Shown in pieces: positions 11,893 through 25,360 of a stretch of DNA of 64,000 nt. This DNA is from Callorhinchus milii. Taxonomy: Eukaryota. The stretch is from positions 43,464,001 to 43,528,000 of the forward strand of contig NW_024704742.1 in NCBI RefSeq assembly GCF_018977255.1. The letters run 5' to 3'. The notes beneath the pieces were generated by a model. It ran no database searches. It saw only the letters and a list, made by a program, of their open reading frames with translations, and was not told where the DNA came from. The number at the start of each line of letters is the position of its first letter. Position 1 is the stretch's first letter. The position numbers were made by a program, and so were the translations under genes.

Positions 11893-13199
11893 TCAGGGTG
11901 ACATGTTTAAACTTCAGTAAACTGTCTGGCAGCAAACAGCACCCTTCATTGAACCATCCCACAATACATTTAAGTTTTCACTCATTGCACATCACAAAAT
12001 TAGAATCAACAGAACTGCATCTTACAAGCAAAATGCACTTGAGAAAATACATTCCAGGATTTATAAATACTCTCTCAAAACCTTATCAAAGGAATACAAC
12101 TCTCCCTGGCTACCTCTTCTTGCCTGTTAGAAGTTTCTTCCAAATTGTACAACCAATATATGTACTTAGTTACAAATGACCAAACAAACTTCCCTCTCAT
12201 CAAAAAAGTTGGAACTACTCAAAACACTTTAAATAATACAATCCCTTCCCACTTCGAGACCCCAGAGATACAATATTCCATTTACCTTCTCTAAAGTACT
12301 TTATTTTTGATCTAACAGGTGCATAATACACACAGAAACCCATCACCGTGCTTAAAAACATTCAAACTAAACAGAATTGAGGGTTTTACATATGTATGCC
12401 ACTCAAGCATGGAAATTTCTCTGTATTTGGCAAGGAATGCACAAATTCCCCATGGAGGGTCACACTATGCTCTTTAATTACGAAGTACATAAAGTGTAAA
12501 TTGGCAAGAGCCAAAGTTTGGGAACCTCAAGAGTTTGTGTTGGGATCGTGCTGGAGTTTAACCAGTTAATCAGCCAATACCAAATCCAATAACTGGTACT
12601 TCTAAGGATCCTTTCTTTCAAGTGAAATATATATTCAATACAAAAATACAATTATTTGACTAAACAAAGCATTATAGTTTAAATTCAGTGAGATTTACCA
12701 AGTTCCTGTGTCAGATATGTCTAACATATTGCCAAACATGTACCAGCAAATTACAGTACAATTAATGTAGTTTATAGTTATTTGTATTCAAAATGAGACA
12801 TTAAGGTATAAATCACCAAGACTCCAATTTGTAAAGACAAACAAAATAAACTGGGCATTCATTTCATGGCCGTTTGAGGGACACTGCTGTGCACAAATTA
12901 TACTGCTGCGTTTGTTTGCAAATACAGTCACTACACATTACAATAGGTCATGTGAAGTGAGTTGGGACATATCAAATGCAAGCATTATTATTATTCTGTC
13001 TATTTTAAAATGCATGTGCAACTTCTAAAAAAGTACACAAAGTCAGGACTGAACAATATCAAGATAACGGGCAAGGATTTTGTCACTTGAGGCGGGCAGC
13101 TGAACCAGCATATGCCTTGAATTGTAAATGGTTTGAATGTAGGGCCAATTCAGCTGCATTTATTTAGAGCAGTGCAAGAATGTTGAAAGAAAATTTAAA

Positions 13200-13540
13200 C
13201 AATGCTTTCTTCTATGCCAATTTTCTCCCCTTCCCTGAGAAGCTTTTTGGCTCCTTTATTCCTTTCTAGACAGGGATGGTTCTTTGGGCACTCTCTGGTA
13301 CCTTGCTCATCTAGCCATTATTTATATGTGACAGCAGGTTAATCAACCGCGGTAGAATGAAAGCTAAGCCCAATGCTGTTCTCTACCGATATCTACCTTC
13401 CAGCTGGCAGATTTTCCCCTCACCCAGGGGCACAGAGGTAAATTGAAGCTTCACCCTCCCACCCAGCACTACCCTCGCTGGGATCCGCTACCTCAAAAAA
13501 CTGAATAGGATTCAAGCTTGCTTTCACAACTTTTTAGGCT
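13200..13540 (-). mobile_element. Third, old SINE-like family (family not assigned)
   Basis: Diverged homologous segments recur at ~400-560, 6850-6990, 18720-18910, 21930-22050, 27900-28110, 33150-33310 and 51330-51570. Shared motifs include ctacaattggcttcag...ccctggg and ggggagaaaattggca. Confidence 0.55.
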
Positions 13541-14039
13541 GCATAGTCCAATACTGCAGTATATAAATATAAAAAAAACATACATGTATCACTCAAACTG
13601 ATAGCACAACCCATTAACTACCGATAGATAAGAAAGACAACAATCTTGGCTCCATCAAATGGCACCCACCACAACTTTAACAGCTGTGTACCTTTTCAGA
13701 CATTTTAAATAGCTATTTTGGGAGGGGGGGCGGGGAGGAGGCGAGAGAAAAGTCATTGTTCCCATTTACTTTCAATACTCAACTCTCCCATACTTCCCAA
13801 CAGTGAAGTCTGGATGAGAACATCCAATGAGAATTATTCATTGCTGATCTGTGATGCCTCTCACATTTAAATAGGTCACTAGAGCATGCTATCTGAGGAA
13901 CGGCATTTGGGTGAGGGACCAGAGGAGATGGGAGATACCAAATTGCTATCAGACCCAATAGTCACTCTTTACACCAAACGGATGTCAGGGCAGTCTGATT
14001 TTCTGCTCGTGTTTTGCAATGCATGGAAAAGGTACTTTC

Positions 14040-14440
14040 CATATAAATCAGACCTATTAACATAATTCCAAACATTAACCTTCGTCCCATAATTATATTC
14101 TTCAAGTTTCACGGAGGCCATTTTGCAACCAATTACATTTACATATGCAAATTGGTCTAATTAGTAAACATAATTAACCATCCCTTGCAGCATCCAAGCC
14201 ACCTTTCATAAAAACAGACCTTATGTTGTGTGTTAGAGGAAATTTACATATGCAAATGGAACACAATTAGCACATCACTAATAAGATTGTCCCTCCTAGC
14301 AAAATTGCTGCATAGACTTTCATACGTATTTGCTTAGACAATTTTCTATTTTCTGATGAATCCAATTTGCATAATATGCAATCTTAATGCTTACTTTTTG
14401 CAACTAATGGCATTTTTGTGAACTAAACGTGACAGCCCAG
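14040..14440. promoter_or_regulatory. Candidate intronic enhancer with clustered octamer (POU) and TAAT motifs
   Basis: ATTTACATATGCAAAT at 14137-14152 and 14242-14257, ATTTGCAT at 14365-14372 and several TAATTA sites. No repeat recognised. Confidence 0.45.
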
Positions 14441-15082
14441 GTGGCACAAGATACTTCACTGCAACACCCCACCATGTGTTCAGCTCCTGCCGAGAATTAG
14501 TTTTTTTAAAAAAAACCAAATTCTTCAGATGTGTGCGACTCTGACATTGCTGCCATGAGAAGAAAGCAATGCTGCCTGTCATTAGAGAAGATCCCCAGTA
14601 ACACACACACACAGAAACTTGGTCTCATTTATACACACAGCCCAAGCTGGGCACATGCTGACAACACGCTCCACACTTGTATAGCGGACTCTGTGCCCAC
14701 AGGATTGTACACCAGAATAGTTGCATTTCACCATGACTTGCCAGTGCATCAGGGTTTAAGGATGAATATTGTTCAATAAATGAGATATCTGAAGCCTGGA
14801 GTTCCAAAGTGTACTTGAATAAAACAATAATAAATCTGAAAAGGTTACTATAAAATCAAAAGCTGTAGATGCATCTAACCGAAGGATTACAGCACTAATA
14901 TAACAGTATTTTGATTCTCCTGCTGAAAGAGGGTAGCCTGTTTTTGCTGTGATTGTTTAGTTTTAAAATGCCAATATAAGAAAACTCCAGAGTCATTGGC
15001 CCTGCGTTGTTTATGGGCCGTGGCACTAATCTTGTCTTCTGCATACTGGAGCTGTACTAACAGTACTCACCAAATAATAGTA

Positions 15083-15804
15083 CAGTGGAAGCCGGTTAAG
15101 CCCGATGCATCAGTGACAGACATTTTGTCCAAGTTAAGAGGTGTCCGCGGCTAACCAAAATACCAGTAGAGGATCTGCGGCGGCACCGTATAATATGTAA
15201 TAATGTTGTTTCAATTGAAGCAATGTTAACTAACCAGTCAAAGGTAAAAAAATACTCTTAACAGAATTTAGTAAAATAGATTTACCTTCATTTGGCTGCA
15301 AAATACCATAAAGCACTGTCTACCCAGCAGACAAGTGCCGGCGCTTCCTCCCTCCCAACGGACAGGAACGGGGCTAATTGGCGGTGGCCTGAGGTGATTG
15401 ACAGCCCGTCGCTGCTTGTGAATGTTTGGGCTCCACTCATTCACAAGCGGCTCAGCTGTCAATCATGATATTTCCCTCCCTTGCTCTTCCCTGTTGCTCC
15501 GCCCCCTCACTAATTGACAGCCCAACTTCAGCCGCTTGTGAATGGCTGGAGTCCACTGTCAATCAATCTTAGACTCCTCCCATCCATACCGGGAGCCCCT
15601 TGTGGCTGCCCAAGCGACTACATTCAGCAGTGACCAGCGCGGCATTTTGTCCGTAGTAACCGTATTTTCGTCAAAATCAGCCGTCATAGTTAAAACAGGT
15701 AAGAACACAACTGAATTGGGGCCAGGGGTTTCGTTCGATTTATCAGACGTTGGGTTAACCGGCATCTGGCAAAAGCGGCTGAATTTAGATTTTTTCCCCT
15801 GCTG
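15083..15804. mobile_element. Non-autonomous Tc1/mariner (Tigger/pogo-like) DNA transposon remnant
   Basis: Left end TA|CAGTGGAAGCCGGTTAAGCCCGA. Right subterminal TTGGGTTAACCGGC followed by ...CTG|TA. No transposase ORF. Confidence 0.6.
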
Positions 15805-16071
15805 TATAGCTATTATACAATTTCATCCCCGGTGGTAACATGCATTGTGAACAGTCAGCTCAGGACATCCTGTCAACACTCACATTTATAACAGTTTTGA
15901 AAAAAAGTAGGAGGACAAAAGGTACAGCTCAGCAGCTTGGTGAATAACGATTTCCTGGAACCCACAAATGCCATTTAAATATACAACTGCAGCTCTAGTC
16001 TGCAGGAGACAAGACTATAGTGCCCTTGCCCATAAGTAACACAGGGCCAAAGACTCTAAAGTTTGCTTACA

Positions 16072-16240
16072 TTATAATAATAATCCTTGCATCTGATATA
16101 GCACCTTATCACGTCTTCAAGACGTTCAAAACGCTTCACAGAATACACTAACGTGAATTGACTGTTTTTGTGGGCGAAACACTGCAGCCAATTGCAAACA
16201 GTGTCGCACAAACAGTCATGGATTGAGTAACAAAATTATA
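16072..16240 (-). mobile_element. SINE 3' fragment
   Basis: Family tail (ataataatccttgcat...gcagccaattg). Similar fragments lie at ~2670-2860, 20455-20598, 28125-28245 and 28430-28540. Confidence 0.8.
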
Positions 16241-17079
16241 TTTTTATATATTGCTCTCATCCCAAAACTATACAATAACAGGAACAACATGCTGTATGTA
16301 CTGTGTCATCCACCTTTATTCGGATAATGATTTTGCCAAAGAGTCTTCATTACTTGGCACGGGTGGGTAGAGCATGCAGCACACCTAGTGGCAACGAATG
16401 GACTAGTGTCAGCTAGTGGCTGTATCCTGACTTTGCACCAACCTTTATTAAATGAATACAATTCAGTACAAACAGCATTTAACAAAGTACTGGATCACAT
16501 TGAAAAATTACAGCAACTCACACAATAAGTTACTTGCAATAATAATTCTTGCATTTTTAAATGCAGCTGGAGTACTTGGAATGTAGAGTCCTGCAGGCAA
16601 ACCAGGTCTGACCAAGGCAAGAGATGTGTCGGCACACACAAACATCAGTGCTTCTTAACATCACTATGCCGAGGTTCAGATATTAACAATCTATCCACTT
16701 TCCACCTCACCAAGTCATCCCATTTACAGGTAGGAAAGAAAAAAGATTCTTTCACATTCTGTTTCTGATCACTAATGGTATCAGTTTCCATTTCAGCACT
16801 TAGGCCAAAAAAATTCCCATCAGCACTTTTCCCATGAGATAAATTGTACTTTGACTTACCAGAATACATGTTTTATTTCACAACTTTATGTGGAACTACC
16901 ACGCAAGGTTTTTTGTTAAATTCAGAAATGTTTCTAAAAAATTGACAAAATAGTATGTCCTGTAACATTACTCCAATTCACAAACCGAAGCAATGTGTAA
17001 TACCAGAATTTCAGATGAGAGGAATTACAAGACCACCAGGCTGTGTGAGAATGCCCCCCCCCCCACCCACACACACACA

Positions 17080-18250
17080 CCTCAGTGTAGAATCCCAGCT
17101 TTGCTCTTTTCTCTTCCGCCATTCCCTGTATGAAACTCTCCAATCTGATTTCCCTTCTACCCACAGTACCCACTCAGTGCCACCTTCAATACTGTGGATC
17201 ACTCTATTCTTCTCCACCGCCTGTCCTATCAGCTCCACCTTCACTGTCCAGTCATCGCCTGGTCACTTGCAGGGTACCCCAAGGCTCCATCCTGATCCCT
17301 TCTTTTCCTTATCTACACAATGTCATCCACAGACATGGGGTCAACTTCCACATGTATGCAGATGAAAGATGAAACCCAAATCTACTTCTCCTCCTCCAGC
17401 TCCGACTCCTGTCAGTTTGTTTGACGGACATTAAGGCTTGGATGAGCGCAAATGTCCTGCAACCAGAGTATGGCTTTCGTCAACGTCTTCTCTCTTGTAG
17501 GTCTGAACTCCTCAACCTCGCCAGGCTCTCCCTCAGACTCACTGAACCTGTGCGCAACATAGGCAGTAGGTTCAATTCTTAGCTTTCCTTTCTATCCACA
17601 TCCGTTCCCTGATCAGGGTCACTCTTTTCCACCTCTGTCAAATCGCCCAAGTCCATCCGTACTTAACTAAAGCAGCCAAAACCCTTTTCCAACCTTCATC
17701 ATTTCCTGGCTGCACTATTCCAATACCATCCTCACTGGTCTCCCCAGCTCCACTATACATAACAGTTATTTAATTCAAAACTCCGCCACCCGGATACTCA
17801 CCTGCACAAAACTCCGTATCCCCATCACACCAGTCCTTGCTAGGCTCCACTGGCTCCCAATGACCAAACAAATTGCTTTCAAGATCCACACATTCATTTT
17901 CAAATCCTTTCATTACCTTGCACTTCCTTACCTATCCGATTTGCTTATCCCCCACTCCATTGCCCTCTGCCTCTGCTCGTCTGGCTCCTGTTTGTTCCTC
18001 AGCCCCTCCACCATTGGTGGTTGTGCCTTCAGCCACTACTCCATAAAACTCTGGATCTCTCCCTCAATCTCTCCGCCTTGCCTGCTCTCTCTAATTTCAA
18101 AATCCCACCTAAAGACCATCCCTCTTGATCGAACTTATGGTCACCTTCCCCCCTCCCTCTCCCACTGGCTCGGTGTCAGACTCCACCACTGTCAAGCACT
18201 GCGAGGCGCTAACCCGCGTAAAGGGCGCTATATAAATACAAGTCGTTGTT
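17080..18250 (+). mobile_element. Decayed L2 LINE 3' half
   Basis: VPQGSIL and FHMYADE motifs, LHWLP-type region, and an L2 tail ending gggcgctatataaatacaagtcgttgtt. Confidence 0.85.
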
Positions 18251-18254
18251 GTAT

Positions 18255-18700
18255 TGCCTGGTGTCACTCTTACCTTTCCCATTGTAATCTTGTATTCATG
18301 AATGCATTTTCCTCCAGCCCTCACACCATCACATGCAGTGTTCCACAGGGCTCTGTCCTTAGTCCTCTCTTCTAATATTTACAACCTCCGTTTGGTGATA
18401 TCATCCGCAAGCATGAGGTCAACTTTCACATGTATGTGGATGACATCTCTCTGCCTCCACCCTCAACTCCAGGACCACTGCTGGCCTGACGAATTATGTG
18501 TCAGACATCAAGTCCTGGATGAGAGCTAACTTTCTACATATGAATGTCGACAAAAGAGTCCCTCCTGATTGGCTCCCAATGGATTTGGCACCTCCTCACC
18601 TCAGGCACGGTCAACATCACTATTCAAGGATGAACTCTCCACCTCACCAGTACAGAACCTCGGTGTCTTGTTCAACCTCAAATGTCTTTTAAACCCCACA
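18255..18700 (+). mobile_element. L2 RT fragment
   Basis: TCSVPQGSVLSPLF and SDIKSWMRANFL. Confidence 0.8.
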
Positions 18701-19392
18701 TTTGAGGGACCAGAGAAACAAAACAAAAGCAGTTCTCTAATTTACCACTGCCTGCTGGAAAGCATTTGGGTATATGTCAGGTGAAGGCAGAATTTGACTT
18801 GGGTGCAATATCCTCACAACTATTTGTGTGAGGATATCCAGGGACAATAGCCCTGCACAAGTCAGCACCTTCTGGATAAGATGGGTGAAAATTAAACAGG
18901 GAGGAGAAATCAATTAGTCAATTAGTCACAGTGCTAAATTAAGGATTCACCACGAACTGATCTCGGGAGTCAGTCCGGTCTAATCCTCAATACGTTTAGC
19001 CGTAATAAAAATCTTAAGCACCTCTCTCTTTTCCTGATTATCTGGCATCTTTTAAATCCACTTTACCATCTCAAAGCCATAACTTCCGAGCTCCCTCACT
19101 TGCAGCCTTCAGTGAGGTGCCAGAAATTGCCATGAATCTGCAAGTTCCATAATGCTCTTCCATAAGCACATCTCTGCCTCATCTCATTCAAAGTTGTCAG
19201 AGAAAAGGAGCTACTTGGGCTTTGGTCAAGTTGTTGAATGCAGACACCAGATTCCAAATTGAAGCTCAATCTTCGATCTAAAAAGACTCGGTTAGCACCC
19301 CTTTTTGAAATAGTGGCAATGTAACCAATAAAAAAAGAGTAATTTGAGAGAGGGGGTGAAGAAAAAAGAAGCCCGTTAATTAGCCAGTTATA

Positions 19393-19707
19393 TTAATAAT
19401 AATCCTTGCATTTGATATAGCACTTTTCACGTCGGGAGGACGTCCCAAAGCGCTTCACAGAACACACTGTAAAGTGAATTGACTGTATATTTGTGGGTGA
19501 ACGCGGCAGCCAATTGCACACAGCAGTGTCCCACAAACAGTCGTGGATTGAAAATGACCAATTTATTATTGTTTTGTTTTCTTGGAGGGATTATTATTAG
19601 GTGTGTGGAGTAAGGAAACTTGCCCAAGGTTTCGCCCTCTGCCTGGAATTGAACTCAGGTCTCTCACTTGCAAAGCGAGTGCTCTAACCACTGAGCTACA
19701 GGACTCC
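19393..19707 (-). mobile_element. Full-length young tRNA-derived SINE (short form)
   Basis: Reverse complement of the 5717-6031 element. Confidence 0.92.
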
Positions 19708-22700
19708 ACGTTCTTATTGTTGGAAGTTTATATAATCTACTTCACCAACCAAGAAGTTTGACCTACACCAAAGATCAATGTTAAGTGTGTGCACTTCTCA
19801 GAACTGCTTCACCAGAGAACAATTTGCATAGCAGGTCGAGAGATCTGGAGCAGACGAGAGGGCGTGCTGAGGCTGCAATGATGAGTCACTGAATCCATGT
19901 TGTTGCCACATTAAAAAGGCACCAGCATGCCCATCTGTGTCAAGTGACTCCTTAGGATTGTAGAGATTAAGAAAAACAAACAAAAACCTGCACAGAATAC
20001 TTTTTCTTACATTCAAAACTTTCCCAAACCTGGAGAGCATTGATTGAAGCCTCAAAATAGAATCAACAGATTAACACTATGGCACACAAAAAGTGTGTGT
20101 GTGTGGGGGGGGGGGGGGGGGGGGGGGAAGAGGGGTAGAAGGTAGAAGCCCAGGACCTTGAGGCAAAATTAAAAGGATGGAATGTGAGCAGGAAACCAGG
20201 ACAATGGTCACCACTAACACGATGAGGGAGCAGCGGGAGAGATAAAGCCAGGTGCCAAGACCACGTACAATTTACCTGATCAGGTACCCATCAAATATCA
20301 AGACCAAGCTTCCTGCTCCGCCAACAAGCAGCAGAATCAATTTGTTAACATTAGGTACTTATGGATGAGGAGGAAACACACATGCTTCACATGCAAGCAA
20401 GAATTAAGCTCCTCTAACAAGACATTCAGAATTGTTAATTAATTGTTAACGATTGGTGTGTGTGACACTGTTGTGCGTAATTGGCTGCCATGTTTTGCCC
20501 ACAAAATATACACTTTACAATATATTCTGTTAAGAGCTTTGAGATGCATCAACGACGTGATAAGACGCTATATCAAATGCAAGGATTATTATTATTATCC
20601 TCAATGTATCCAGTACAAAGCAATAAAAACTCAGAACCATTCGGAGAGCAATTTGTTTGATTATCGTCTTAAAAAAAGCTGCAGAGCATTTCACTTCCTC
20701 CAAAACACAAGTCTATAAAATGAATTATGGTGTCGATTTCCAAAACACCAAAATTTGTAAAGACGATGGAATGTAGTACATTTATTGAAACACTACTAGT
20801 TCAGCCATAATCAAAACGAAGATGAGCGATCACAAAGTTGTCGGTTTCCAGAAAAAAATCCTCTGCACCAAAAGAAGTGCCATCCTGAAAGCGACTACCA
20901 TCTGAGGCTTAATTAGGACAGAATGACAATCACAGCCACAATGATGCGACAGATGAAGGTTATCTTGGCTCCGACAAGCTACAATTACCAGCAATCAATT
21001 CATACCATTCTCTTTCTACGTAGTCTGCGCCCAAAATAGAAATATCTGCTTTCCTATTCTTAGCTCATGTAGCAGGTTAGCATTCCAGCCAAGCTATCCA
21101 ATCATTTTTCGAACAGAATATTTATCAATCACTGAAACAATTAAAATGTACGATTACAGCACAGTAAATAATAAACCCAGCTCCAACCACCAGATTGAAA
21201 TGGGCATTTTGCATCCTGGTCAGCAATACGTGATGTTGAGTGGACTGAACAAGCGGGGACTTGTCCATATCAATTTTTCAGTAATGCAATGCCAAGAAAC
21301 CAGTTTATAAACTGGGGATTAAAAGAAAGCATTCATGTTGTTAGTGAAACAATGGCGTCAGTCAGTTGCTGAACAGATTTTCAAAGGATAAGATGTGGGT
21401 ACTGTATTGCAGCTGCTAGGACAAGGTAGCTCTTCAATAGAAACAGAATTAAATATTAAATACTATGCTATTTAAATTAACTTGGGAGAAAACAGCTGGG
21501 TCGAAGCTTATACAACATTTCATTACGATAGGGATGAATACAGTGGTGCTTCCGAAAGCTTGCTCCATATGCTCATCACCCAAAAATGAGTTGCAAGTCA
21601 AGTGTTATCCTGTCTTTTTCTTTCCAATGTGGATTAGTGTGTTATATATTTGCTCTATTTAATTCACATTTTCCCAGTTTCCTTTTTTAATCCTCTGGTA
21701 ATGGGAGGTGGATTCTCCTATATCACCATGTCTCACAGAGCCAGCAGGGGGAAGAGATTAAGTGCCACCACATTACCACCTGGCAGATGGATCAAGCAAG
21801 ATGGTCACTGCAAAGGCTTGTAATGAAATAACTGGTCTGCATCTGAACAAGGCACACATCACTTGACAAGAAGGCACGATACAAACAGGTGCCCAGTGGG
21901 CATATGTACCACTTCAGTATGATGCAAGGTAGGCTCAGGCTCAATCCCTTATGTAGTTATTTGCTGAGTTGGCGGATCTTAGCACAAGTGCACTTGAAGA
22001 CAGAGGGGAAAATGACCCAAGCCTCCTGTCATTATCCAGGGATCAAGCAAAAAATGAGAACATAACCACCCTAAAAATCATTCATATCCCACCAGTTTTC
22101 TTAGTTGTATAAACCCACTCAATATTACTGTGCCATTAAAAGTCACCAGTGTGTACATAAGTAATTTTGTTTTAATCATTAAACTACTGGTAGGTCTAAC
22201 GGCAGATCAAAGCTGTAGCTTGCTCATTGTGCTGTGAGCTTTCCATTTGTTGTGATGCTGAATCACCCACTACTACTACTACTACATAATAAAGCTTCTC
22301 AAACATTAGGAGCACTTTTTTTAAAAAAACTATAGTTAAATAGAATGATACATCACAGAAATAGGCCACTTGGCACTAGTCCATGTCGGTGTTTGTTTTG
22401 TACACGAGCTCCCACCCTTCCTAATCCCCTCTTCCATACCTCTCTATTCCCTTTTGCCTCATGAATGCTTCAAATTTCCTTTTAAATACAAATTCTCTCC
22501 ACCTCTTTATTTTAACTCTTACTTTTGCAATTTCTGTTCTATTTTTATTACTTCCTTCCTATTCTAACCTATTTTTTCTAATGAAAATGTCCCATTTATG
22601 TGTCTTCTTTCCTCTTTGCCACCATTGTCCATTCTGGAACAGAGAGGAGCCAAGTTATTCCTCACTGCTTAAAAAAATAGCTTTGCAGCCAATGACCAGA

Positions 22701-23504
22701 CTGCAGATCAACAAAACCTCATTGTGGTTGTGACCAGGTGATCCTTGACAGAAAACACAGCAAATCAATAAGTGGGAGCAGTGAGTGAAGGATTATGTGT
22801 TGAAGAGTTAAATTAGGTTCCCAAGTTAGTAAAAGCATGCTTTTTTAAAAAAAAAAATCCATTAGGCAAAGTAAACCCATGTTGTCAAAATGTATTTGTA
22901 GATCCACTGCAACAAACATTTTTTCTAAAACAAGTCTCATCAGAGAAAAGTATTCCACAGAGCCTTCTAGTGGTCTCACAGGGAAATCCAGCCACACAAC
23001 ACCCTCCACTTCACAGAAGATTTATTCCTTGGCACTAGATTTAAGAACTGATTGTTCCATCCTCAGTGAGCACAAAGTGTGAATACAGCATCTGTTATAT
23101 CTTATCCATCATCTCCCAAGGAAATAGTAAACCCGGCTTCACTTGAGTGAAATTCCCATGGCAGTAATGTCACAGAACAGTCATTAGGTACTTGAATTGC
23201 ACCCACTATTTTTGAGTAACAAATTTCCATGATCAATAGGTAGAAAGGCAGAGCAACACATTTAAACAGATGCAAAGCCCAAATATATAACTTTTGTACA
23301 GAACTCATGTACAGAACCATTCTTCTCATTTCCAAGTTGTGAAGGACAGCATTCATTTTTGGACTGAAATACGTGATTACCGCCCACTCATGGTCCCAGT
23401 TAGGTCAATTACAAGAAAGGGTATTGTAAACTGTTTTTTTTAAAAATCACATGAAACATTTAAAATTTTTCAGCATCAGGATTTCCTGAAATATTTCTTA
23501 CAAC

Positions 23505-23705
23505 AAAAATAACAACTTGCATTTATGTAGCGCCCTTCACGCAGGGTAGCATCCCAGAGCGCTTGACAGTGGTGGAGTCTGACCCCGAGCCAGTGGGAGA
23601 GAGAGGTGACTGCAAGTATGATCCAGAAAGGAAGGTCTTTAGGCAGGATTTGAAAGGGGGCAAGGTGGAGGGATTGAGTTGACTGAGGAAGGGACATTCT
23701 TTACA
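23505..23705 (-). mobile_element. L2 3' tail fragment
   Basis: Reverse complement of the 18100-18250 L2 tail (cccactggctcggggtcagactccaccactgtcaagcgc). Confidence 0.8.
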
Positions 23706-23904
23706 AGAATGTTGGCGAATTAGAAATGTCATCTGGTTCTGTACATATCTGTATCCAATAAGAATTACTCTCAAGTGGTGCAGTGAACCTGAATTTCACA
23801 AATTAGTCCTGCAGAAAATTACCAAAGTATTAATATTTTACAAACTTATGACATTGTTATACTACCAACCCAAATTGAAGTGTTATATTGGTTTAACACT
23901 TCAG

Positions 23905-24340
23905 TTTGGGTGAAACCCCCAAAACCCTTAGACACGCATTCACAACATCCAGGCTTGACTATGCAAACTCCTTGTTTGTCAGCCTCCCCAACTCCTCCCT
24001 TCATAGGCTGCAGATCATCCAGAACTCTGCAGCCTGTGTCCTCTCCCGAACCAGGCTCCGTGACTCAATCATCCCCATACTCGCCCGATTCCCACTGGCT
24101 TCCCACCACACAGAGGATAGTTAAAGATGCTGGTCTTCATCTTCAAAGTCCTCCATGGCCTCGCTCCCTCTTACCTCTGCGGCCTCCTAAACCCCTACCA
24201 TCCTGCCCACTCCCTCCACTCAAGCCTCCTTCCCCCCCCGCCCTCAACCCTCCCCAATCCCAGCTCGGGTCCAAATTACTGACTATCAACGCCTTGGGAC
24301 GTCCTCCCAACATGAAAGGTGCTATACAAATGTAATTTCA
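23905..24340 (+). mobile_element. L2 3' fragment
   Basis: HAFTTSRLDYANSL...LQIIQNSAACVL, with tail gggacgtcctcccaacatgaaaggtgctatacaaatg. Confidence 0.85.
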
Positions 24341-25049
24341 TTGTTAAGATTTAATTTCTTTAAACGACTGGCATGGATCTCCCTATAACACATCATTTCT
24401 TTCTCTTTGAGTGTGTGAAGAAGTGAAACTGGGTGAGCAAGATGACTCTCCCCTGTAGGCCAAGGCTGTATTCCAATAAAAGGCTAGTGTATTTCATCCA
24501 ATGGGTAAAACGTGGATCAAAAAGTACAGTTTGTGTAGGATAATGTTGCGAAAAGCTTCCCAAAGACAAAGAGAAACCCAGAAAGGGAGGAAAGATTAAT
24601 TTAAAGGTGGAGACCAAAGCTACATTCAAATAGTTTTTTAAAGTGAACAAAAAAAAGGAGCAAGGCAAAGGGATTTGGGGATAGTTCCAATGAGTGTGGA
24701 ACAACAGCTGAAGGCTTGGCCATCACAAATGGTAGGGGACAGTAAAAATAAAAAAACAAGCAGCCAATTAGCATCGGAGAATGGAGGATATTGGCAAGAG
24801 GATAAGACTGGAGAAAATCACAAAGATAAGAGGTGAGAGTGTGAAGACAATTGAGTCAACCCCTGCATTACAGGAGTCAATGGAGCCTGGCGAAGATGGT
24901 GTAGAAGATAATGGGAGCTGCAGACCGTTTGGGGGAAGCTGGGGAAAGATGATCAGAGGACTGGATCACAATAGCACTGCTATTCCCAGGGTTTAAAGGC
25001 TGCCACCTGATATTCCCATGGGGTACATTAGGCACACATTCATTGGAGC

Positions 25050-25360
25050 GGAGGAGGATGAGGGGAGAATTGACTAAAGTGTTCAGGATCATGAAGGAGT
25101 TTGACAAAGTAAGGAGTGAAAGCGTTTTCCTTCTAGAAGGATAATCAGTCACTAGGTGATATGACCTAACAATTAAGACAAAAACGGTTAGGACTGAATG
25201 ATGGATGAAATTCATCACCCAGTAAATAATAAGCATTTGAAATGAACTGCTGCAGAAACAAATAAGTAAGAAATCAGTTAAAGGATTTATGAGAGACAGA
25301 TGTATATTTGTTGAGTAGACCTATTAAGGGGTACGTATACCCTGAGGATGGGCTGGGTGG
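25050..25360 (+). mobile_element. Old CR1 LINE 3' fragment
   Basis: RRRMRGELTKVFRIMKEFDKV-like remnant of the CR1 ORF2 C-terminus. Confidence 0.6.

Noticed and set aside
20095..20130. (GT)n plus a long poly-G run (similar G/C runs near 42926-43050) as functional G-quadruplexes
   Set aside because: These are simple repeats of unreliable assembled length with no supporting context.
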